From a virus (taxonomy: Duplodnaviria; Caudoviricetes), in the IMG/VR virus record IMGVR_UViG_3300048502_000089, positions 1-64,000 of that record: DNA of 64,000 bases, one strand, 5' to 3'. Position numbers and translations under genes: made by a program. Under the pieces are notes generated by a model, which saw nothing but the letters and a program-made list of their open reading frames with translations, was not told the DNA's origin and did not search any database. How positions within the stretch are numbered: position 1 is the first letter of the stretch; every line of letters starts with the position of its first letter. This document shows, piece by piece, positions 53,101 through 61,957 of the stretch.

Positions 53101-53489
53101 GATGATACTCCCTTATCTTGCTTCTTTCTGACTGTTGACCAAAGTTCATTTGTCTCTCTACGGAAAGTGGAATGAGCTTCATCACATTGCCCAATATGTT
53201 GATCGAGTTTTTGCCCAAGTTCTTTGATCTGTATTTCAATACGAGCCAACGTAGCCGTGTCAACTGTACTCGCTTTCACGGCTACAACATTACTTGTTGA
53301 TTGTGACTTACTCAGATCATCAATTTTCTTTACAGCCGAATCAATTTTCTCGTCTCGCAGCACTTGTCGCTTCCACCATTTGTAAAGAGCGACAAGACCA
53401 CCACCGCCAACGGCAGCCATAATTGCTACCAACGCATCAATCAATGTTGTAATACTGCTTGAGTCGTTGACTGATTGTGTCAGTAGCAT
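53097..53489 (-). CDS. N-terminal TM plus coiled-coil protein (holin/spanin-like architecture)
   Basis: LVAIMAAVGGGGLVALYKWWKR. Confidence 0.7.
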   Translation of the reverse strand: MLLTQSVNDSSSITTLIDALVAIMAAVGGGGLVALYKWWKRQVLRDEKIDSAVKKIDDLSKSQSTSNVVAVKASTVDTATLARIEIQIKELGQKLDQHIGQCDEAHSTFRRETNELWSTVRKKQDKGVSS

Positions 53490-53492
53490 CAG

Positions 53493-54452
53493 CTAGCTCG
53501 TTCCATTATTGGCATTTTGCCTGATATGTTCAGATACACTGAACATCACTGTTGAGCTAGAATCCCAATAGAATTCTAAGCCTGGAGTTAGGGGACACCA
53601 AAAAGGTGTTAGTAAACGTGAACCGCCAGATATATAAGGGCCAATATCCCAATCGAAAAGAACTGGCCCCACATTAGCGTCCCAGCCACCTTGAATAGGA
53701 TTTACGGGGACTACCATAATCTCTGAATCATCAACCCACATCCCCACGAGCCCGAAAGTCCCTTCTCCCTCGTTGGCTTTTAGTTGCCCTTGGAAGACTA
53801 CTCGAAGTTCACCATACCCACCATATTCAACTCGTTGCTGATAATGTGCTGTATTGACAGGTTGCTGTGACCCATTATAAGTAAAAGTTGCTGTCTCCCC
53901 AAACGTCTGTTGGGTATAACGATAACCATTTGCCCACGGCCGGCGATCACGCGACCCATCAAACAAAATTGATCCACCAGAATTGACGTTCACAATATCC
54001 CACAGCCTAACTCTACCTGCAGTAGTCGGAGTGGTTGGCCCGTTGATGTTTGTGAAACCAGCTCCAGTGTTCGCTTGGTCAGTCCCAGTGACCAAATAGA
54101 GATTTCCTGCCGCGTCCATTTCTATCCCATACCCACGGTAATTCCCCACAGCGGGCAAGGATGGTGGTGTAAGAATAGCGTTAGTAACACCGCCAAAAGA
54201 AACAGGCACGAGCACTCCCTGCGTATTCACAACATATACTGCGGTCGCTGCAGGCGTCAACGAAAACTCGACCGCTCCAGTAGTTGCGTTTACACTTCCT
54301 ACAGAAAGTTGACAATCAGTTCCCAACAGCACACCATTCTGTTGTGAAGTTCCAGCCCCCATACTGTTCAAAATTGTCTGGAGGTTATTTATCTGCTGTT
54401 GCAGACCTGAAAGAATTGGTTGCAAATCAGACAGAGAAGCAATGATCGTCAT
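53493..54452 (-). CDS. Tail-tip / receptor-binding protein candidate (319 aa)
   Basis: Short N-terminal coiled coil then beta-rich G/T/N domains; lower GC. Confidence 0.65.
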   Translation of the reverse strand: MTIIASLSDLQPILSGLQQQINNLQTILNSMGAGTSQQNGVLLGTDCQLSVGSVNATTGAVEFSLTPAATAVYVVNTQGVLVPVSFGGVTNAILTPPSLPAVGNYRGYGIEMDAAGNLYLVTGTDQANTGAGFTNINGPTTPTTAGRVRLWDIVNVNSGGSILFDGSRDRRPWANGYRYTQQTFGETATFTYNGSQQPVNTAHYQQRVEYGGYGELRVVFQGQLKANEGEGTFGLVGMWVDDSEIMVVPVNPIQGGWDANVGPVLFDWDIGPYISGGSRLLTPFWCPLTPGLEFYWDSSSTVMFSVSEHIRQNANNGTS

Positions 54453-57400
54453 TAGCTCGAAGTGCTGTAAGTAGTTTGCATATCTGTTACGCGCTCATTA
54501 CCCTCGTCGTCAATGTTGACCTGCATCGAATAAAGACGCACTGGGTAATACTGATTTGGGTTCCCTGCAGCCCATGCTGGTGGTGGGACAACCATACGAC
54601 CGTAATTAGACCCAATGTAGATGAAGTCACCAATATCGTAATCTTGGAACGGCTGCGGGACAGACATTCCATTCTCGGCAGCTTCGTGATACTGAACTGG
54701 AGCCATCGAGTAGATGACCTGTGGAGCATCAAGGAAGAGAACCTCCTCAGTTGCATACGCAGCGGTGATCACAGAACTCACCACGCTCGAGAGAGATGCG
54801 AGCGCTTCCCATAGCCCATACGTAGTAATAGCTGCCGAGCCAACACCCGGAGCTGGATATTGCGCTTGCCCGTATTGTCCGATCACCGTCATCTGAGTAG
54901 TGAGCTTCGATGGGTCGATCGTTCGTGTCAGCGTCGAAAGATTTTGACCATACTTGAAAATAGCATTTGGTTTATCAGTCCCACGACCATAAATCGTGAA
55001 TTCACTCTTCACAAGGCCATAGTAGAAGTTCATGATCAGAGTCGCAGGATCTACACGGAAATCGAAACCACTCTCGATGTTAGACAATTGCTGGATCATC
55101 TGCCCAATGTTCTGGAGCTGATTCACAGTCATCGTCCATTGAATACCATTTGGATTTAGAGGTTGCCCACCACCCGCAGCATTTGGGTCAATAGGAGGCC
55201 CACCAATATACCCAGGGTCGTATGTGCCGAATGGAGGAACCCAGATCCCTGTTGGGTACTCAAAGTTTGTCCGCAACATCAAGTCGACAGCAATCTGGAC
55301 AGGGTCGACAAGATAGTAATACTGAGCAATTGCTGTACTCGTCGACCCAGCCGGCGATCCACCATATGGTGATGTTGCTGGGCCAACCATTGGATTGACA
55401 CCGTAAGTACCACATTTGAGAAGTCTGGACATGAGCTGCTGGAACCAACCGACAGCATTCACTTGAACATCTTCTTGACCATCCCCAACTGTTTCACTGA
55501 TTGTCCAGATCGGTCCACTCCACACAATCTCTCCATTGCGGTAGCAAACGAGACAATTCGTGATCGGATTTATGTACTGCGCGGCTGGATCAAGTGTGTT
55601 GATGCTAAACGACGCGCTCTCAATCCCATTCAGCGCTACGTTGATCTGCCGTTGTTTCGCAGCAAACAGTGGGGCTAGAAGATTGAACCCAGTAAAGATG
55701 CTTCCTGTATACGCATAAGTTGGTTCAGCGATATACCACTGCCAATTGACGCTCGGAGGCCCAGGTGCCACGGGTCGCGGAGAAAGTATGATCGAAGGTG
55801 GTGCCGGGATTACCGTAGTACCGAGCGCTCCAAATCCGATCGTCCCTGTATACCCTGTGCCCACAAGAGAAACATTGACAACAGGATTTACTACTATCTG
55901 GTAGCGCCTACCACGACGCCCAAGAACAAATATCCGAGACCTCTCGGAATTCGTCTGCATCCTGCCAACTAGAGTGGGGACAGGAATCTGTGCCGGCACA
56001 GGCGGTGTGCGCTTGCCATGAGGATCGAGCGCAAAGAAACGTCTCTCATTCGCTGGCGATCGATTCGGCCACACCATCAAGGGAATCGGGACTTGAGCTG
56101 GCGTCGGCATCCATCTCTTGCCTCGAGGGTCAAGAGCAAATAGCCGGCGCTCAAGCGAAGAAACTCGAGTAGGCCAAACCATGATCGGGGTAGGTATCTG
56201 AGGCTGTACTGGGAAGGAACGCTTCCCGCGTGGCTCAATCATGAAGAAGCGATTACGTGTCGTTGGGTCTCGCTGAGTCCATGTATTGACAGGATTATTG
56301 TGCGTTTCATGCGGCGTTGGCATCCACCGCTCTCCACGCGGTTGCAACGAGAAGAAGCGACCTCGCGTAGAAGAGATTCTAGTGGGCCATACTGGCGTTG
56401 GCACTGGAATTTGAGGTTGTACTGGAAATTCTTGATGCCCTCGAGGTTGCACCATATAGAGACGCACGCGCGTAGCTGGGTATCGAGTTGGCCAAACAGG
56501 AGAAGGAACAGCTATCTGGGGCGGTACGATCATCCATATATGCCCGCGTCGTACTGCAGGTAGCAACCGTACCCTCGTAGAAGGTGAACGAATAGGCAAC
56601 ACGATAGCTGGGTTAGTGAAATAAATCTGCCCAGGAGTAGTAGTTACTTGTCTACCCTTCCTAAGTGCTGCTACCTTACTGCGCCCACTACTAAACCTAT
56701 TAGGCCACACCATCGTAGGCACTGGGATCTGTGGCGGCACAACAAAAGTTCTATGCCCATGCGGCTGCAACATGAAGAATTTATTACGTGTCGCTGGATC
56801 ACGACATAACCAAGTGTTTACTGGATTCGTATGTGCCTCATGCGGAGTTGGGAACCAATCCTTACCGCGTGGTTGCAATGCAAAAAGACGAACCCGTGTA
56901 GAAGGAAACCTAGCCGGCCAAACCATTACTGGTGGAAGAAGTTGTGTCGGAACTGGCAACCAACGCTTCCCTCGAGTCGAAGATTCAAAGCGCTGTATCT
57001 TCCAGTCTTGGGGTGTCGGCAAAATTGCTTGGTGGACAGGCGGTACGATGTCATATCGTTTACCTTTCCTCAACGCTGCTATTTTGCTTCTACCTGAGCT
57101 GATACGCAACGGCCAGACAGGAGATGGCCCAGAGACGGTATATGTGAGAACAACTTGGCCAGCCCACCCCGCGGCGCCTGCGTTGTCCGCATTGCTGGAA
57201 GATATGCTGCCACCGCCGCCGCCACCACCTGGGCCGCTAACAGGTGCCACACCAGCAGTATTGAACCCACCGTTTCCTCCTGGGCCTCCACCCGTTACCG
57301 CTGTGCCACCGGCGCCGCCCACGCTACCCGTTCCGGCAGCACCCGCGTTGCCTGTGCTGCCAGTACCCGCCGAACTACCGCCGCCGCCGCCGCCACCGGG

Positions 57401-57805
57401 GGCGGCGATCGACCCTGCCGCACCTGCAGCGCCCGCGAAGTGTGTCGTATTCGTACTGCCTGTACCGCCCGCGCCGCCGCTTCCACCAAGAACACCTGGG
57501 CTGCCGCCGTTAGCTGTGACCGTAACGGAAGTGCCCGCAACGGTCGATTGTCCACCTGCCGTACCGTTTGCCTGGGCAGCGCCGCCCGTGCCTGCCGCGC
57601 CTACCACGACCGTCACTGTTCCCGCCGAAACAGCGAGCGTCAGCTCTTGCGCGAACTCACCGCCGCCAGCTCCGTTGCCAGCTTGGAAACTGGTGTGTTT
57701 AGAACCGTTGCCGCCACCTCCCGCGCCCCACGCCTGCGCTTCAATCGTCGCGGGCAACCCTGAAGGATTGAAGGTTCCAGCGGTTGTGAAAGTGAGGACG
57801 GTCAT
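54452..57805 (-). CDS. Minor tail protein: Gly-rich N-domain, 12 x about 35-aa repeats, and a C-terminal siphovirus tail-hub-like domain
   Basis: WGAGGGG...GAGGGEF Gly-rich domain; repeat P..VWP.R..S.R.R.F.L.PRG; C-terminal VWSGPIW...GWFQ.L..R...FDF..D. Confidence 0.8.
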   Translation of the reverse strand: MTVLTFTTAGTFNPSGLPATIEAQAWGAGGGGNGSKHTSFQAGNGAGGGEFAQELTLAVSAGTVTVVVGAAGTGGAAQANGTAGGQSTVAGTSVTVTANGGSPGVLGGSGGAGGTGSTNTTHFAGAAGAAGSIAAPGGGGGGGSSAGTGSTGNAGAAGTGSVGGAGGTAVTGGGPGGNGGFNTAGVAPVSGPGGGGGGGSISSSNADNAGAAGWAGQVVLTYTVSGPSPVWPLRISSGRSKIAALRKGKRYDIVPPVHQAILPTPQDWKIQRFESSTRGKRWLPVPTQLLPPVMVWPARFPSTRVRLFALQPRGKDWFPTPHEAHTNPVNTWLCRDPATRNKFFMLQPHGHRTFVVPPQIPVPTMVWPNRFSSGRSKVAALRKGRQVTTTPGQIYFTNPAIVLPIRSPSTRVRLLPAVRRGHIWMIVPPQIAVPSPVWPTRYPATRVRLYMVQPRGHQEFPVQPQIPVPTPVWPTRISSTRGRFFSLQPRGERWMPTPHETHNNPVNTWTQRDPTTRNRFFMIEPRGKRSFPVQPQIPTPIMVWPTRVSSLERRLFALDPRGKRWMPTPAQVPIPLMVWPNRSPANERRFFALDPHGKRTPPVPAQIPVPTLVGRMQTNSERSRIFVLGRRGRRYQIVVNPVVNVSLVGTGYTGTIGFGALGTTVIPAPPSIILSPRPVAPGPPSVNWQWYIAEPTYAYTGSIFTGFNLLAPLFAAKQRQINVALNGIESASFSINTLDPAAQYINPITNCLVCYRNGEIVWSGPIWTISETVGDGQEDVQVNAVGWFQQLMSRLLKCGTYGVNPMVGPATSPYGGSPAGSTSTAIAQYYYLVDPVQIAVDLMLRTNFEYPTGIWVPPFGTYDPGYIGGPPIDPNAAGGGQPLNPNGIQWTMTVNQLQNIGQMIQQLSNIESGFDFRVDPATLIMNFYYGLVKSEFTIYGRGTDKPNAIFKYGQNLSTLTRTIDPSKLTTQMTVIGQYGQAQYPAPGVGSAAITTYGLWEALASLSSVVSSVITAAYATEEVLFLDAPQVIYSMAPVQYHEAAENGMSVPQPFQDYDIGDFIYIGSNYGRMVVPPPAWAAGNPNQYYPVRLYSMQVNIDDEGNERVTDMQTTYSTSS

Positions 57806-57809
57806 GCTC

Positions 57810-57992
57810 TTACAGCTTCGTCACTTCTGTCCCTACGTGGTTTTCTAGGTAAGTTTCTCCTGGTCCATAGCCCGCGAATAGCTGCGCGAGTCCTATCGAT
57901 ACATCGCGCTCAGTAGGGTGCTGTGACCCCGCGCGTATATGCAGCACTACTTCGTACCTTACGCGCTCAGTTGGTGTGACTTTTTCGCTCAT
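57810..57992 (-). CDS. Hypothetical protein (60 aa)
   Basis: AAAGGAG SD. Confidence 0.6.
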   Translation of the reverse strand: MSEKVTPTERVRYEVVLHIRAGSQHPTERDVSIGLAQLFAGYGPGETYLENHVGTEVTKL

Positions 57993-58064
57993 TTAGTATC
58001 TCCTTTACGATCAAAGAGACGGAACCGCTCGTCGGCTGGTTCCGTCTCTCTATGATCATCTTCC

Positions 58065-58577
58065 TTACTCTTCCCACTCCGCAGACACCGTGAAGAGGTG
58101 CGAAGTAGGGAGAGCGTTCCCCAGGTTTACAAGCGCGAGTCCGTTCGCTGTCCCCAGGAGCACCTGCCATTGCTCGAGAAGCTCGGCAGGGACATCAAGA
58201 CCGCTCTGAGTGTTGAATGACCACTCATGAAGCGGGTTAGAGCCAATCGTCGGGCCGGTAGTTCCCGCCGTGGTCGCTGTGGTGTAGTCAATCCCCGAGA
58301 TCCCCGTAGCAGTCGTGTAGAGCTCGGTGTTGATACCAGTGCGCGTGGAGAAGCCAGTTCCCACAACTCGCACCGTCTGCCGATACAGGCCGATCGTCAT
58401 CTGCTGCGATGTCGGCACAGAAGCGCCGGCACGCACACCAATGAAAAGACGACGAAGCACGAAGCCGTTCGCAGATCCCGCGACAACTGCCGCGAAATAA
58501 CCGTTGAACGTCGTGCCTGATGGGACAGCAGCAGCCTGAGCTGTCTGCGATTCGATTGCGACTGCGAAACGTGCCAT
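58065..58577 (-). CDS. Virion structural protein candidate (170 aa)
   Basis: AAGGAG SD; T/G/A-rich beta protein. Confidence 0.7.
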   Translation of the reverse strand: MARFAVAIESQTAQAAAVPSGTTFNGYFAAVVAGSANGFVLRRLFIGVRAGASVPTSQQMTIGLYRQTVRVVGTGFSTRTGINTELYTTATGISGIDYTTATTAGTTGPTIGSNPLHEWSFNTQSGLDVPAELLEQWQVLLGTANGLALVNLGNALPTSHLFTVSAEWEE

Positions 58578-58587
58578 TATCTACTCC

Positions 58588-58950
58588 TTACGCCGCAGCG
58601 CCAAGAGCAGCGCGAGCTGCATTCTTGGCCGCCTCGACGAGATTCTTGGGAGCCATGTCAGAAGACTGGCTCACGATGTCTCGGACAGTCCCGAGCTTTG
58701 CCTCAAACCGCTCGACCTCGTTGACGACACTTCCATCACCGAAAATCTTGTGGTAAAGAGCATCTGCCGCGTCAAGCAGCTTATGCACTTCGCCAACATC
58801 GTAGTTTGGTGCGAGTTCAGTGTGCATCTTCTCGAACTGATTCTCCGTTGCTGCAACCGGGGAAGCCGGCGCAACTGCAGGAGCCTGAGCCTCAATAGGC
58901 TCTTGAGCCTGCGATCCGTCTGCCATCTTGTTCTCCTTGTTGTTGTTCAT
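58588..58950 (-). CDS. Hypothetical helical protein (alternative start 58926)
   Basis: ORF in tail operon. Confidence 0.7.
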   Translation of the reverse strand: MNNNKENKMADGSQAQEPIEAQAPAVAPASPVAATENQFEKMHTELAPNYDVGEVHKLLDAADALYHKIFGDGSVVNEVERFEAKLGTVRDIVSQSSDMAPKNLVEAAKNAARAALGAAA

Positions 58951-59561
58951 GGCGTCATCTGCAGTTGCAGATTGGTGACGTTATATGCGGGAGCTGACCC
59001 TGATGAACAATCCAGAGCCGTATCGTTCACTCCCCAAGACCAGTAATTGCCCGCTGTAGAAGCATCTGATATAAGGAATCCTACTCCGAGTCCCCAGTCA
59101 ACTCCTGGGGTCGGGAAGGAAATTGTCACGGCATTGCTCGTCACGGCTGGCTGGGCATTCGTGGCATTGTTGAAATCCCCTGAGCTAGCTGCAATTGCTA
59201 CTCGTGCGTACCCAGACCCCGTGACCTCAGCATTCGTGAATGTTCCCTGCTGAAACAAGTCTGAGACCTCAGTCCAAATGACACCGTTGTCGTTCACCGT
59301 TCCGCCAACGGTCGTCGGCCAAGTTGGTTCTGCTCCCCCAGAAGTCCCGCCAGTCGTGCATTTGAATATGCAGCCTGTCTGACCAACGAGTGAGTTGAAC
59401 CCAACTGGGATCACATACGAAGATCCCGCGGTGTAGACCGTTCCTGATGCCCAAGTCTTCGCCGTCAGGATGCCGACGTAGAACGTAGCCGGTGCTCCAA
59501 GAGCTGCTGCTTGGAAGACGGCGTTCAGAATCTTCTGCTGTGCTTGTGTAGTGAATCCCAT
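58947..59561 (-). CDS. Tail protein with inserted carbohydrate-binding-like module
   Basis: EVTGSGYARV.I...N...ISFP...WG core; insert WASGTVY...FKCTTGGTSGGAEPTW...VIWT. Confidence 0.7.
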   Translation of the reverse strand: MGFTTQAQQKILNAVFQAAALGAPATFYVGILTAKTWASGTVYTAGSSYVIPVGFNSLVGQTGCIFKCTTGGTSGGAEPTWPTTVGGTVNDNGVIWTEVSDLFQQGTFTNAEVTGSGYARVAIAASSGDFNNATNAQPAVTSNAVTISFPTPGVDWGLGVGFLISDASTAGNYWSWGVNDTALDCSSGSAPAYNVTNLQLQMTP

Positions 59562-60487
59562 TAGCTTTGCACCAATATCTGTGGGTATACCCTAACATGG
59601 CCAGGGTCAAGGAGGATTTGCCGGAAAGCTTGAAAGTGTTGCAAAACTCGGTTAGCAGATAGAGGCGCATAATACAGTGCCACATCTTGAGCCACCGATT
59701 GCGTTGTGTTAGTGCTATATGGTGCCGCAATCTGTACAGGCATCTGCACCGTCAAAGCGCTACTCCCATTTGAAGCAGGATAGTTGCTAATCGAGAAAGA
59801 GGTAGAGCTGTTGATGGCAGTAATCGTTGGGCTGCCTGTAATCCGAGCTCCAGTCACAGTAGCCCCCGTAACCATCCCACTCGTTGAAGCAACACCAGTA
59901 ATCGTATGAGAAGCTGTTGAGCACGTACCTGCCGTAAGAAGTTCACTAGCACTTACCGCAACACTATATCCAGCAGCCGCAGTAGCTACGAGCGCTCCAT
60001 CCACATAGATATTGATAGTGCCGGCTGACTCATCCATTGTCCCAACGATATGTTGCCCAGGCCCATAGAGCACATTCGATGCTGTCAATACAGTTGGCGC
60101 CGCCGCGCTGCCAGCTCCCCAGAAACTAAACGTAACGCTGCTCCCAGAGACCACAAGGCTTGCCCATCCAGGCGCACCAAAGATTGCAAAGCTGTTCCCA
60201 TTCGGCTCTTGAGCACTCAGAGCCTCGACCGTCACTCCAAGTCTTGTGCTCGAGAATGGCAACCCAGGGTTCAAGAGCGAAAAGTAATTGCCAACACTCC
60301 CATAAACACATGCAGTGGTTATATCGTTCTTACCCAAAGGCGGCCCTTGAAAAGTAGGAGTTCCAACTTTAGGGATCGTAATCCCACCAATGTCATCAAC
60401 AACGTGTGTTGCTGCGTCATTGCACTTCCATCTACAAAGAAGGAAGGGGAACTGCTCAGTCTGAAGATCGGAAAGAAGGTAGGTCAT
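59561..60487 (-). CDS. LamG / concanavalin A-like tail protein
   Basis: HIVGT.D...INIYVDG...QDVALY..PLS..RV..HF. Confidence 0.75.
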   Translation of the reverse strand: MTYLLSDLQTEQFPFLLCRWKCNDAATHVVDDIGGITIPKVGTPTFQGPPLGKNDITTACVYGSVGNYFSLLNPGLPFSSTRLGVTVEALSAQEPNGNSFAIFGAPGWASLVVSGSSVTFSFWGAGSAAAPTVLTASNVLYGPGQHIVGTMDESAGTINIYVDGALVATAAAGYSVAVSASELLTAGTCSTASHTITGVASTSGMVTGATVTGARITGSPTITAINSSTSFSISNYPASNGSSALTVQMPVQIAAPYSTNTTQSVAQDVALYYAPLSANRVLQHFQAFRQILLDPGHVRVYPQILVQS

Positions 60488-60488
60488 T

Positions 60489-61955
60489 TTACTTCCAAGT
60501 GTTCGCCCATGTCACAACGATATAACAATACACTGCACCAGAGGTCGCAATGATCTGAAACTGGTTCAATCCTGGCTGTAACTGAATGAACTGCGATGTC
60601 GGATCGTAGTAGTCGAAAACATTGCTGCCGTTTTGGAAGAGTGTCTGTTGGGCTGAGGCGATAGTAACACCATTTACAACCCCCGGAGTAATCGTTGTAT
60701 CAAGAAGCGTGAAATCACCATTCGTCAAATTGGTGATCGTCGGGTCTTGACAGTTACCCCCAAATGTCGCAACTAGAATAACTGGTTGTGCCAGCCAATT
60801 TCCTCGATTCACAACCTCGAGTGTCTGCGTAGGATTGTTGGCGTTACCAAGAAGACTCGAGGCAGATTGTGTCCAAGGAGAAGTCCATCGCGGGTTAGAT
60901 GCTCGGACAGTGGTCTGGAACTCAGACTTAGCTCTGTTAGTGCTTGTCTGTAATACAGACTTGATCGCCGGAGCTGAGATCGGTCGCACATTCTGCACAA
61001 AGTCAGATGGCCAGAGAGCATCCACTCGGAAATCCTCGACAATGATGTTCGCCATCTGTGAAGTGCCAACCGCTGCTACACCCGCGTAGCCTTCTTGAAG
61101 ATAACCATACTGCTGAGCTATAGAACCAGAAGCCGTCTGTACCAAAGAATTGGCTACTGGGCTCGCAGTGGTAAGGAACGGATCCTGGTCATACACAAGC
61201 CCTTGAAAAGTATCTCCAATACAGATGAGCTGGATCCAATAGCTCACCCCCGGAGTCGGAGTAAAACTAATGTAAGTCGGAGTGTTTGGCCCTATCAGTA
61301 GCCCCGTCTGCCCTGTAGTCCCAATGTTGAAAGTAACATACTGGTTACTAGCTGTACATTTCGCTATAACACCAATCGACTGGTTGGCCGTAATGATTGG
61401 GACAAAAACCTTAGCTGTCACCATATGATCGATGTATTGCCTCAGCGCGTAATAGGCAATTGCCCCGCTCGAGCCAAAACGCATCGTCCCATCACCAGGG
61501 AAGACCACACTGCCAGAGAGTTCCTGCCAATACGCTGCGCTATTCGACGCCTCGCTGAACTCGTCGTGGACATCCCACCAATTGAGCTTTAGCGGAGATT
61601 CCACGAGAGTCCCGAAAGCAGCCTCGAGATCGCGCTCCATTCGAGTCGCCTGCATCACATTGCCGGCTTGAATCTCGCCTTCAATCGTCAGAGTGTTGCC
61701 GCCCCAATAAGCGTCATATGGGATCTCGCCGTGTTGAGCTGCCCGCGGCTCGCGACTATCTCTGATGTCTGGCCCACCAAGACCATCGATTTCCGTGACG
61801 TAGTAACGATCAGGACGCCTCCGATCATTCATGACGAGACCGTTGTATTGGACGATCGAATGACGACTCTTAGCGATCGTGTCAAAGACTGGTGGCGTTA
61901 CATACTGATATGTCGGAAGTTGCCCAAGAGTTATCTGTGATGGGAAAGTCGCCAT
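60489..61955 (-). CDS. Distal tail (Dit-like) protein with central insertion
   Basis: Follows TMP; EIDGLGGP.IR...GEIP...W N-domain; ASNPRW...N.GN..P...L.PG.N C-domain. Confidence 0.7.
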   Translation of the reverse strand: MATFPSQITLGQLPTYQYVTPPVFDTIAKSRHSIVQYNGLVMNDRRRPDRYYVTEIDGLGGPDIRDSREPRAAQHGEIPYDAYWGGNTLTIEGEIQAGNVMQATRMERDLEAAFGTLVESPLKLNWWDVHDEFSEASNSAAYWQELSGSVVFPGDGTMRFGSSGAIAYYALRQYIDHMVTAKVFVPIITANQSIGVIAKCTASNQYVTFNIGTTGQTGLLIGPNTPTYISFTPTPGVSYWIQLICIGDTFQGLVYDQDPFLTTASPVANSLVQTASGSIAQQYGYLQEGYAGVAAVGTSQMANIIVEDFRVDALWPSDFVQNVRPISAPAIKSVLQTSTNRAKSEFQTTVRASNPRWTSPWTQSASSLLGNANNPTQTLEVVNRGNWLAQPVILVATFGGNCQDPTITNLTNGDFTLLDTTITPGVVNGVTIASAQQTLFQNGSNVFDYYDPTSQFIQLQPGLNQFQIIATSGAVYCYIVVTWANTWK

Positions 61956-61957
61956 GT

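Noticed and set aside
56772-57848. 358-aa Pro-rich + strand ORF
   Set aside because: Reverse-complement artefact of the Gly-rich domain of the tail protein
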